IMG/VR virus record: IMGVR_UViG_3300036791_001337
Span: 1-37,926 of that record
Source of the DNA: a virus
DNA: 37,926 nucleotides
Direction: 5' to 3' (one strand)
Shown here one piece after another: positions 31,001 to 37,537 of the stretch (positions are counted from its first letter, which is position 1; each line of letters begins with the position of its first letter). Made by a program: the position numbers and the translations under genes. The notes beneath the pieces were generated by a model, which made no database searches, was not told the origin of the DNA, and saw only the letters and a program-made list of their open reading frames with translations.

Positions 31001-31169
31001 GCACATAAGCCGCGCTCGAATTCCAGGGGGCTACCGATCCGAAGTCCTGGCCGCCCTTGTAAATCAGCTTGGAATCGCCCCAGAGGCGGGTGATGGTGAG
31101 CGGGCCCTCGCCGAAGGCGGCCGCAAAGCTCGCGGAGTAAACATACGTTGTAGGGGTCGGGCTGCTCAT
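28005..31169 (-). CDS. Host-specificity / central tail fibre protein (RcGTA g15-like, Phage-tail_3 type), main body
   Basis: N-terminus TYVYSASFAAAFGEGPLTITRLWGDSKLIY is the conserved g15/gpJ-like block. 1054 aa, downstream of the NlpC/P60 gene. Confidence 0.8.
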   Translation of the reverse strand: MSSPTPTTYVYSASFAAAFGEGPLTITRLWGDSKLIYKGGQDFGSVAPWNSSAAYVQDDIVTFRFFPPIGGGTTQIYQCILPNTNVIPEGEQLYWATAPYAFWLSSIQYYPGNEVVYPGLQSEVAQYGTVYACIRPSLNDHPPSSPQHWQQVTAYYQAPTFYPGNQTQLPDPLIQGIEGANNTPAFRGIAYCVWEDFPLANFGNRVPNLRADVIFCSSPSTSGGEPSTLFSDAFNRADGPVGSNWTAFPPKAGQSHGTLDIVSDQLVGTETATPATDDMILANQALAQDQWVQVTYISSNGGLILLLRSDSGGVGGNPAPYAWNLAFDGIDNFWQLYDSFGTYFVDSTHPTAVAMPGGMLHNGDVVRFEAQGSTFRVIVNSTTLYSGPVFFEVQYNQTPPVYTTDNPIWPPTSPTEDPSAFIHAGLWFYHWSCTVDDFSCGTFGGGGGPCVPSSLAGAIDDLCLRAGLDSSEIDTSLITDTNVQPVQAMRGYVINRPTTAAQSLQEIMRAYFIDACESGGAVRFVPRGMPQPYALTIAEDDLGLHEDQTEIVEQQSQEQDLPISTTVLFNDQQLNYEQGKQIKMRNPRILTIGTRNQRVLSLPFSFLPTEAHQIAEADLYSTWFNRLGYQMNLWRASWALLDPTDLVSFVYEDVAYTMRITSSHLGQGLAVALEGVLEDYRNYLSTSIGASGGSTGGAGSGGSPGGGGGTSASATGGGTMRGLAWTQLFLLDIPLLHDLDANPGGTGFYVALSSGDSTWGGGSLYMSTDDASFSDILDTTTPASFGYPTAALAAPSSPWAWDTVNTLTIQMVIGTLAGESDANVLAGSNRLVVGNEVIQFADCTDNGGGSFTISRLLRGRRGTDNACGSHATGETALAAATVLREAEPNSWIGLARYYRGVTSGQSVTAVPDTDMTLAGNDLKPYSVVNIGGSQDASNNWTITWTRRTRYGGSYGTGAEALIDGLNGPLNEASEAYQIDVMSGSTVKRTISVTAATAVYTAAQQIVDFGSVQSSLTVNIYQISAAVGRGWEASATLPASGASPVAIVSGDTYVN

Positions 31170-31441
31170 CCCTGGACGCGCTTATAGGTAATCCCGGACG
31201 ACCAGATCACCTGGCCGGCATAACGCATCATGCCGTACCCGAAGGGGATGGGCGCGCCGTCAGCCGAGCTTGAAACCTGCAGGTCCTGCAGCGGCGCCAT
31301 GCCGGGGATCTTGGGCGGGATCAAGGCCGCGCCCGTCGCCAGAGCGATGCCGGCCGCTTCCAGGAAAGGCGCTGCGGGCCCGGTGAAAGGCGCGGCAATC
31401 ATCAAACCGGTGGCCGCCACAGATAGCGCGATTTTAGCCAT
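31166..31441 (-). CDS. 91-aa hydrophobic N-terminal module of the host-specificity protein, encoded as a separate ORF
   Basis: MAKIALSVAATGLMIAAPFTGPAAPFLEAAGIALATGAAL...GAPIPFGYGMMRYAGQVIWSSG corresponds to the N-terminus of single-chain g15-like proteins. GGAGGA SD. The stop overlaps the next ATG (ATGA). Confidence 0.6.
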   Translation of the reverse strand: MAKIALSVAATGLMIAAPFTGPAAPFLEAAGIALATGAALIPPKIPGMAPLQDLQVSSSADGAPIPFGYGMMRYAGQVIWSSGITYKRVQG

Positions 31442-31886
31442 ACAATTCCTCCAGGTCGGGAAAGGAAAAAACGCCGGCAATGCGATGAAGCCAGCGATCA
31501 TCCAGGCGATGCTCGACGACTTTCTTCGCCGGCGAATACGCGTGCACGATGGCCAGCCCGCCGGCGATCTCGGTCACGATGGCGCTGTGACAGGGAACCG
31601 TCGGCAAGCGCAGCGTCAGCACGTCGCCAGGTTCGAGCCTCCCAGTGGGAGATTCCACCAGGCGCCGGGCACATTCCTCTTGCACAAACCCGTTCACCGG
31701 CTGGGCGCTATAATTTGCATACTGCGCGCGCAGGATCGGCTCGCCGTGAACGTCGAGCAGCGCCAGGTCCTCTGCGACCGCCAGGACCAATCCGACGCAA
31801 TCGAGGGCGCCGGCGCGGCCCTGGTGGCGCAGCGGCTGCCCCAGGTAATGGCGCGCCGCGGCGACAATGTCAGCTCGCGTGGCCAT
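31434..31886 (-). CDS. NlpC/P60-family cell-wall peptidase (RcGTA g14-like, tail-associated)
   Basis: GALDCVGLVLAVAEDL (catalytic Cys) ... PCHSAIV (His). 150 aa, between the DUF2163 gene and the host-specificity gene. Confidence 0.8.
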   Translation of the reverse strand: MATRADIVAAARHYLGQPLRHQGRAGALDCVGLVLAVAEDLALLDVHGEPILRAQYANYSAQPVNGFVQEECARRLVESPTGRLEPGDVLTLRLPTVPCHSAIVTEIAGGLAIVHAYSPAKKVVEHRLDDRWLHRIAGVFSFPDLEELYG

Positions 31887-31892
31887 TGCTCC

Positions 31893-32816
31893 TCATGTAC
31901 TGCTCGGATAGTCGAGGAGTTGATCCATGCCCGGGATGAATGGCTCGCCTTGAAAATTCACGATGTTGGAGAATTTGTTCTGGCAATCGCCTGTCACCGG
32001 ATCCGCTAGGTGATTGCATCCCGCCTCGATCGTAAAGGTGTCGTCCGCCGTCGGCAGTTCGGGAAAATCGAGAAAGAATTCGAGCGTGCTTCCGTCCCAG
32101 CGCTTAATCTCGAAACTCCCGCCCGAGAGCGCGCCGGAAGTGAAGGTGATAAAGCCGTCGTCGAACCAGCCCGCGCTGGCGCTGCCAGTCGAGCCGCCCT
32201 GACCGGTCAGTCCCGCGGCCGGCATGATTGTCCGGAGATCCACGACGCTCGCGATTGAGCCCGTCTGGCGCACGGTGGTGACGTCGAACTTGCAAAGATA
32301 ATGCGAATTCATATCGATGCCGTTGAGGCCGCTGCCGAAGGTGGCGCGGCAGACTGGACCGTAGGTATCCCCTATGCGCGCGGTCAGCTTGGCGGCGAGG
32401 CCCCGCACCTCGGCGGTGAACTGTTGGTTTTTCATCTTCACCACACCGATCGTTCCGCGCCGCAGCAGCACGTCACCCATGGTGAGATCGGCCCAGTTCA
32501 CCAGGCGAATCCAGATATCGCAGTTATCATAGGCGCCGCTTCGGATGTCGGTTTCCAGAATGGATCCCGAATCGAGAAAGCCCAGCGCCTCGGAATTATC
32601 CACGGATAGATCGGACTTGGTCGCCGAGGCCGTGGCCGTGAAGCCGCTCGCGGCGCGATAGATCACTGGGCCCTCGCCGTCGTCGTAGACGATATCCACG
32701 TCGTGCGTGCTGAAGCCCAGAATCGTACCGTCCACGCGCTTGACCTTCCAGAGGTAGGCCAGGGTTGTCGAATCGCCCTGCAGGTGCGTTTGTATGGCGG
32801 CGGAGGCGGTTTTCAG
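31893..32816 (-). CDS. DUF2163 / BR0599-family distal tail protein (RcGTA g13-like)
   Basis: The C-terminus CNHLADPVTGDCQNKFSNIVNFQGEPFIPGMD is the BR0599 signature. The family N-terminus (KTASAAIQTHLQGDSTTLAYLWKVKRVDG) lies upstream of the first canonical start (GTG 32735). The only initiator there is CTG 32816, preceded by GGAGGTG. Confidence 0.7.
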   Translation of the reverse strand: MKTASAAIQTHLQGDSTTLAYLWKVKRVDGTILGFSTHDVDIVYDDGEGPVIYRAASGFTATASATKSDLSVDNSEALGFLDSGSILETDIRSGAYDNCDIWIRLVNWADLTMGDVLLRRGTIGVVKMKNQQFTAEVRGLAAKLTARIGDTYGPVCRATFGSGLNGIDMNSHYLCKFDVTTVRQTGSIASVVDLRTIMPAAGLTGQGGSTGSASAGWFDDGFITFTSGALSGGSFEIKRWDGSTLEFFLDFPELPTADDTFTIEAGCNHLADPVTGDCQNKFSNIVNFQGEPFIPGMDQLLDYPSST

Positions 32817-33481
32817 AGCCGCACCTCCAGGAGCGCGATCGAGTTCCAGCTCACGATCGGACCGGCGCCGATATCCGATTCCTCCACCTGGGCTTGAAAC
32901 TCATCAGTATCGAAGCGCACGGGAAAGTGAAAGTGAAAGTCGGCATCAATCACCACGCTGCCGGCAGGCGCCGCGCTGAAGGTGACGAGACCAGTTGTGC
33001 CGTCCACCGTCCAGCCAGAGCTTTGCAGCACGCCGTTCAGATAGATCTTGACCGTGTTCGCCAGCGCGTTGCCCTGGTAATCGATGGCGGGCGGCGCGAT
33101 CGGTTTTTGGATGGTGCGCACGTAAGAGCGCGCACCAACGGTATAGGTCTTGGTGAGCTGGAAGACGGTGGTGTGGCCGTCGCCGAGGCCGATGGTCTGC
33201 CCGGTAGCTTGGAAATCCTTGTGGTCTTTGAGGCGGAAGGCGTCAGCGCGGCCGCCGACGTTCAGGAAGAAGCTCTGCAGGAGATCGATGAAAGCCTGGC
33301 GATCGCCGGCGAAATTCACCGGCGTCATCAGCGAGACGGTCCACTTGGCGCGCGTATAAGCCCAATTGCGATTACGCTGCTCGTAGCCGGAGAATCCCTC
33401 GTTGATGGTGGTGGAGAAGCCGGGCCCGCCCAGGGCGCGGTAAGAGATCGTGGTGGGGAATTCGGTTTCAAAGAAGGCCAT
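32813..33481 (-). CDS. DUF2460 (TIGR02217-type) distal tail protein (RcGTA g12-like)
   Basis: MAFFETEFPTTISYRALGGPGFSTTINEGFSGYEQRNRNW is the family N-terminus. The ATG shares its A with the tape-measure stop. Confidence 0.8.
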   Translation of the reverse strand: MAFFETEFPTTISYRALGGPGFSTTINEGFSGYEQRNRNWAYTRAKWTVSLMTPVNFAGDRQAFIDLLQSFFLNVGGRADAFRLKDHKDFQATGQTIGLGDGHTTVFQLTKTYTVGARSYVRTIQKPIAPPAIDYQGNALANTVKIYLNGVLQSSGWTVDGTTGLVTFSAAPAGSVVIDADFHFHFPVRFDTDEFQAQVEESDIGAGPIVSWNSIALLEVRL

Positions 33482-35823
33482 CAGCGGTTGCGCCCGTAAG
33501 CTACGGCCATTTGATTTTGCAGCATGCCCATGATCTGGCTGCGGGAACGCTTGAAGCTATCGGCGTCTTGCACGCCATTGACATGGAAATTCAGCACCGT
33601 CTGATGCGTGGGCGTATTCGGGACGTCGAGCCGGGTGTGGACCTCGCCGGGCACCTTGGGCACGAAAAATTCCGGATTGCGCTCGCCCACGATGTAGGCC
33701 TTACCTGGAGTGACCTCGCCGCCGTGCTGCATACCACCGCCAAAAGAGGTGAGCAAACTCATCAGATCACCGCCTGTCCCCGGAAGGGCTGCAGGGCCGC
33801 CGCCGCCATCGCCACCATCGCCACTACCGGCGCTGCCCTTTCCTAAGAGTCCGCCGAATCCGCTGCTACTCGCGTCTTTCGTGTAAAGGGGATTTGCTGG
33901 CGAAGATCCAGCTGGTCCGCCCGCGCCGCCGACGCCGAAAACCTTGCCCAGAACGCCGCGAATCCCGGCCGGAGATCCGCCGCCGAGGATGCTATCGTCC
34001 GGCTTCACTTCCTGGACGTAAAGCGGACTCTGCGACGATTCGCCGCGCTTGCCAACCGCGATGCCGGCCCGCTTGGCCAGATCTCCGATACCGGCTTGGA
34101 AGGCGTTCTTGGTTATCTGCTCGCCCATATTCTTGAAGATCTGCCCGAAACTGGTGCGCTCGCCGAAGGCCATTTTCGCGAGCTGACCCGAGATGTCGTC
34201 GATGGCCCCCCTGATCGACTCGCGCAGCTTCTTCGCGAAACCTGCGCCATCGGCCGCAAGGTCAGCGAAGAGAGTCTTGAATTGCGCCTGTATTTTACTG
34301 AGCCCCGGGGTCAGCTCATCGCTCATCTTTTTGGTCTGCGCGGCGAAGAGGTCCATAGGCAGGGCGGTTGGCGGAATGGCTGCGGTCTCCTCGGGCGGCG
34401 CTCCGACGCCGCTGGTGCCGCCTGGCACTTTGCCGGGAACCGACAACGCCCCGCCCCCGCCCATCGCCATCGCCGAGAAAGTTTTGAATGTGCTCGCCAG
34501 GTCGGCCTTCTGGATTCTCTCGATCTCGTCGGCCAAGGCGCTGAAGTAACTCACTACCTGGGGGAATTCGGTCTTAGCTTGCTCCAGGCCGGCGTTGTAT
34601 TTCTCCCAGAAGTCGTGCGAGGCCTTGGCGGCGCTCTCGAGGGCTGAGATGTGCGTCTTGGTCGCGCCGGTCAGGTCATCCGTTCCCCCGGTGGCGCCTG
34701 CAAGGTCAGTTTTCTCGGTCTTGAGGTCCGCGAGCGTTTTCTTGATCGCGTCCAACCAGCGCTGGTGCGCGTCGGTGGCGGCTCCGGCTGCCTTGCCGCT
34801 CTTGTCCCAGGCTACGCTGGCGTCCGAGAGGTCGCCGGCCGCCCCAACCACGATGGCCTTAGCGCCATCCCATACCGACTTAAAACGCTTTCCCCACGAC
34901 TCCATCTCGGGGCCGAAGTTTTCTATTTCGGCCATCAATTCGGCAGTCGATGGAATCAGCTCGCTGCCGATGGTGGTGGCGACGCCCTCAAGTTTGGCTT
35001 TCAGGTTCTCCCACTCCACCGAGAGGGCGTGCGCCTGGGCGGCGTGCTCGTCGTCAAAAAATGTGCCGAATTCTTTCGCCTTGGCGATGGCGGGGCCGAA
35101 GCCGTCGGCGGCGAGCAGCTTCAGCGTGCTGACGTTTTCCTGCCAGCCCTTGCCGAGCAGCTCCTGCAGAGCGCGGTTGCGCTCGCCGACATCGTTGAGA
35201 TCAAAGATGCGATGGAGGACGACCTGAATCTGCTCATCGAGCGGCTTCAGCCCGAGTTCGGCGGCGCCCTTGGCGCCGCCCATCATCTGATAGAGCAAAA
35301 CGTTGCCCTTCTCGGTTTCGGTGCGGGCTTTCTCGAGGTTGATGGTGGCGCGGCCCAGCGAGACGCCGAGGCTCTCGAAGTTGCCGCCGGTTTCCCTGGC
35401 GATCGCCATCAGCCCGGATAGATCGGCCGAGCTCACGCCGGTGCGCTCGTGAAGCTCAAAGATTTTGTTTCCGACCTCGGCCGCGTGAAGGGCCAGTGCG
35501 CCCATCGCCGCCCCGACGCCGACCACGCCCGCGACTGCGCCCGCGCCTACGGCAGCGAACGTGCTCGCGGAGCTGCCGAGACCGGCGAAGGACGTCATTG
35601 CTTTGCCGGCGGCCTGGCCGACATTCTCCAGGGTGCTAGCGAGCTTCTCCCCGACTTCACCGAACGGCCCGAGCATGCTGCCGACGAGGTCGCCCAGCCG
35701 CGAGAAGGATTCGGTAATATCCTTGCCGGCCTGGCGCGCCGCACGGCCCGCGCGGCCCATGCCGGCTTCGAAGCCGGCCGTACTCGCGACGATATCGACG
35801 ATTAGAGTGCCAAGACTTGCCAT
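33481..35823 (-). CDS. Tail tape measure protein
   Basis: 780 aa, Ala/Gly-rich and predicted alpha-helical, positioned after the G/G-T chaperone genes. Confidence 0.85.
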   Translation of the reverse strand: MASLGTLIVDIVASTAGFEAGMGRAGRAARQAGKDITESFSRLGDLVGSMLGPFGEVGEKLASTLENVGQAAGKAMTSFAGLGSSASTFAAVGAGAVAGVVGVGAAMGALALHAAEVGNKIFELHERTGVSSADLSGLMAIARETGGNFESLGVSLGRATINLEKARTETEKGNVLLYQMMGGAKGAAELGLKPLDEQIQVVLHRIFDLNDVGERNRALQELLGKGWQENVSTLKLLAADGFGPAIAKAKEFGTFFDDEHAAQAHALSVEWENLKAKLEGVATTIGSELIPSTAELMAEIENFGPEMESWGKRFKSVWDGAKAIVVGAAGDLSDASVAWDKSGKAAGAATDAHQRWLDAIKKTLADLKTEKTDLAGATGGTDDLTGATKTHISALESAAKASHDFWEKYNAGLEQAKTEFPQVVSYFSALADEIERIQKADLASTFKTFSAMAMGGGGALSVPGKVPGGTSGVGAPPEETAAIPPTALPMDLFAAQTKKMSDELTPGLSKIQAQFKTLFADLAADGAGFAKKLRESIRGAIDDISGQLAKMAFGERTSFGQIFKNMGEQITKNAFQAGIGDLAKRAGIAVGKRGESSQSPLYVQEVKPDDSILGGGSPAGIRGVLGKVFGVGGAGGPAGSSPANPLYTKDASSSGFGGLLGKGSAGSGDGGDGGGGPAALPGTGGDLMSLLTSFGGGMQHGGEVTPGKAYIVGERNPEFFVPKVPGEVHTRLDVPNTPTHQTVLNFHVNGVQDADSFKRSRSQIMGMLQNQMAVAYGRNR

Positions 35824-35832
35824 TTTTCTCTT

Positions 35833-36024
35833 TTACCTGGGCAGGTGAATCGTGCCGAGCATTCCGAGCACGCCGAAAACGTTTAGCAGCCAGAGAACGA
35901 CCGCAATGATGACCACCACCTTGATGATCAGCTTGAGGTCGGCGTCCATGGGCACGAGGCGAAAGAGCAGATAGAGCAGGAGTCCAACCAGCACCAGAAC
36001 GAGCACGACGCCGATTAGAGACAT
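35833..36024 (-). CDS. 63-aa two-TM membrane protein between the chaperone and the tape measure
   Basis: MSLIGVVLVLVLVGLLLYLLFRLVPMDADLKLIIKVVVIIAVVLWLLNVFGVLG. ATG 36024 is preceded by GAGGTG. The ORF track starts at GTG 36030. Confidence 0.6.
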   Translation of the reverse strand: MSLIGVVLVLVLVGLLLYLLFRLVPMDADLKLIIKVVVIIAVVLWLLNVFGVLGMLGTIHLPR

Positions 36025-36031
36025 AAGCACC

Positions 36032-36416
36032 TCATTTCTGGCCCGGCTTGCCGGGGCCGCAGCCCATGAAGTCGGTCAGGTACTCGATCTGCTCATCCAG
36101 GGTCTGGTCGCGCTCCTGCGCCTTCAGTCTGCGCTTATAGTCCGGAACGAAATCGACGGGGTTGACGGGCTTCGTCCCTTCCTTGAGGAAAGGGGCGTAA
36201 TTAGCGACGGTGGCAGCGATTACGCCGGCGCGCAGCATGGCGCGGCGGTCCGCCTCGAGATGGCGTTCGAGCAACGCATCAAGCTGGGCATGGCTCAGGC
36301 AGCCGAACTCGTCATCGCTGAGCCCGAGGTCGTAGCGGGCGATGCCCCAGAGCTCGAGCCAGCCGGCCCCGTAGCCGCTGTCACCGCCGCCGTCGCTGCT
36401 GGAGGTCCGAAAGGGT
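36032..36416 (-). CDS. T-frame segment of the tail assembly chaperone G-T fusion (reached by -1 frameshift)
   Basis: The -1 frame is open from the slippery site to stop 36032. It reads PFRTSSSDGGGDSGYGAGWLELWGIARYDLGLSDDEFGCLSHAQLDALLERHLEADRRAML... Confidence 0.65.
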
Positions 36417-36876
36417 CTGCCTCCGCGCCTCCGTCACTTCTCTGGGCCTCAGCCTTGGCGCGCAGCTTCTCCATCAGCTCGCGCTTCTCGCGGGGCAAAT
36501 AAATCAGGTAGGCCTTCCAGAGGGCTTCGGTGATGGGCTCGGCATTCGACTCCTGCATATAGGAGCGGATCACCTCCAGACCCTCGTCGCTGGCCTCGCC
36601 CTCGTCGTCTACCGTGCGGTATTCCGGGTGATTTGCGAGCAAGGCGGCATAGAACATCACGCTGAACGCCACCGGCTCGTTAATGTGCTGCCAGATGCCA
36701 GCGTCGAGCAGGCTCAAGCCGGTGCGCTCCTCGATTTCGGCCGCCGCGTTCATGTCGAAGGCCAGGCGAAAGCTGCGCGTGAATTTGCCGCCGGCGTCAT
36801 CCTCGAGCTCGAGCGTCAGCGGCACGGAAGGCGCCACACGGCGGCGCAGCGCCCCGTTCTTACTGGACACGTTCAC
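36295..36876 (-). CDS. Tail assembly chaperone (gpG-like, GTA/Phage_TAC type)
   Basis: 193-aa ORF directly upstream of the tape-measure region. It contains the slippery heptamer 39 codons before its own stop. Confidence 0.7.
   Translation of the reverse strand: MNVSSKNGALRRRVAPSVPLTLELEDDAGGKFTRSFRLAFDMNAAAEIEERTGLSLLDAGIWQHINEPVAFSVMFYAALLANHPEYRTVDDEGEASDEGLEVIRSYMQESNAEPITEALWKAYLIYLPREKRELMEKLRAKAEAQRSDGGAEADPFGPPAATAAVTAATGPAGSSSGASPATTSGSAMTSSAA
36410..36416 (-). promoter_or_regulatory. Candidate -1 programmed frameshift heptamer C CCT TTC (X XXY YYZ)
   Basis: The plus strand reads GAAAGGG at 36410-36416. In the G frame the heptamer sits as GA[C CCT TTC]. Confidence 0.6.
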
Positions 36877-37070
36877 AAATGACCTCCGGAGAACATGGCG
36901 CTGAAGATGGCAGCAAGGCGTTCGTTCGTCTCGGCCAGAGTATACGCGTGAACCAAAAGCGCGCGCGTGATGCCGTCGAGTTCGGTGGGGTGTTCGGCCA
37001 CCTGCGTGTCATGCCGTGCAAGCGCAGCGGTGACGACTTCACGCGCCGACGGATAAGGTGGACCCTTCAT
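36873..37070 (-). CDS. 65-aa hypothetical protein between the major tail protein and the chaperone
   Basis: The ATG abuts the major-tail stop. Its stop overlaps the chaperone ATG (ATGA). Confidence 0.45.
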   Translation of the reverse strand: MKGPPYPSAREVVTAALARHDTQVAEHPTELDGITRALLVHAYTLAETNERLAAIFSAMFSGGHL

Positions 37071-37493
37071 TTACGAAAGGGCGAAGGTCTTCGAGCCGGT
37101 GATGGTCAGCTTCCCGCTGATGCTCGCTTCCTTGTCCACCTGAAAGTCGAAATCGAGGCCGGTCATGTAAGCCTTGAAGGTCCACTTGCCGCGCGAACCC
37201 GGTAGCACGATCTCCCAATTGTGCAGCACCTGGCCATCGAAATCGCTTTGCAGGGTCCCCTGGGTCACATCGCTCGGAACATAATTGCCCTCAAATGCGA
37301 GGTCACCGGCGGTGAGCAGAGTGGGCAAGTACTCGCGGTAATTGCCCGAGTCCATGTTGGTGACGTCCGCCAGATCAGCCTTGGAGCCGCTGATCGGGAA
37401 TTTTTTCATCTCGGCAATGGTCGTGAAAAGTTCGGTGGGAGCTCCATCCCCACGTTTCAGCTCTGTCCCTCGTCCTGCAAATGCGTTGCTCAT
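37071..37493 (-). CDS. Major tail (tube) protein, TP901-1 / Phage_tail_2 type
   Basis: 140 aa. GTELKRGDGAPTELFTTIAEMKKFPISGSKADLADVTNMDSGNYREYLP... fits the family. It sits before the chaperone genes. Confidence 0.8.
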   Translation of the reverse strand: MSNAFAGRGTELKRGDGAPTELFTTIAEMKKFPISGSKADLADVTNMDSGNYREYLPTLLTAGDLAFEGNYVPSDVTQGTLQSDFDGQVLHNWEIVLPGSRGKWTFKAYMTGLDFDFQVDKEASISGKLTITGSKTFALS

Positions 37494-37537
37494 GATGCAA
37501 TTCTCCTTCTCTTCGGGTTACCCGCAATGCCCCCTCT

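Noticed and set aside
34096-35421. Several 180-256-aa plus-strand ORFs inside the tape measure gene
   Set aside because: They are shadow ORFs opposite a 780-aa tape measure protein, with Arg/Gly/Ala-rich low-complexity translations.
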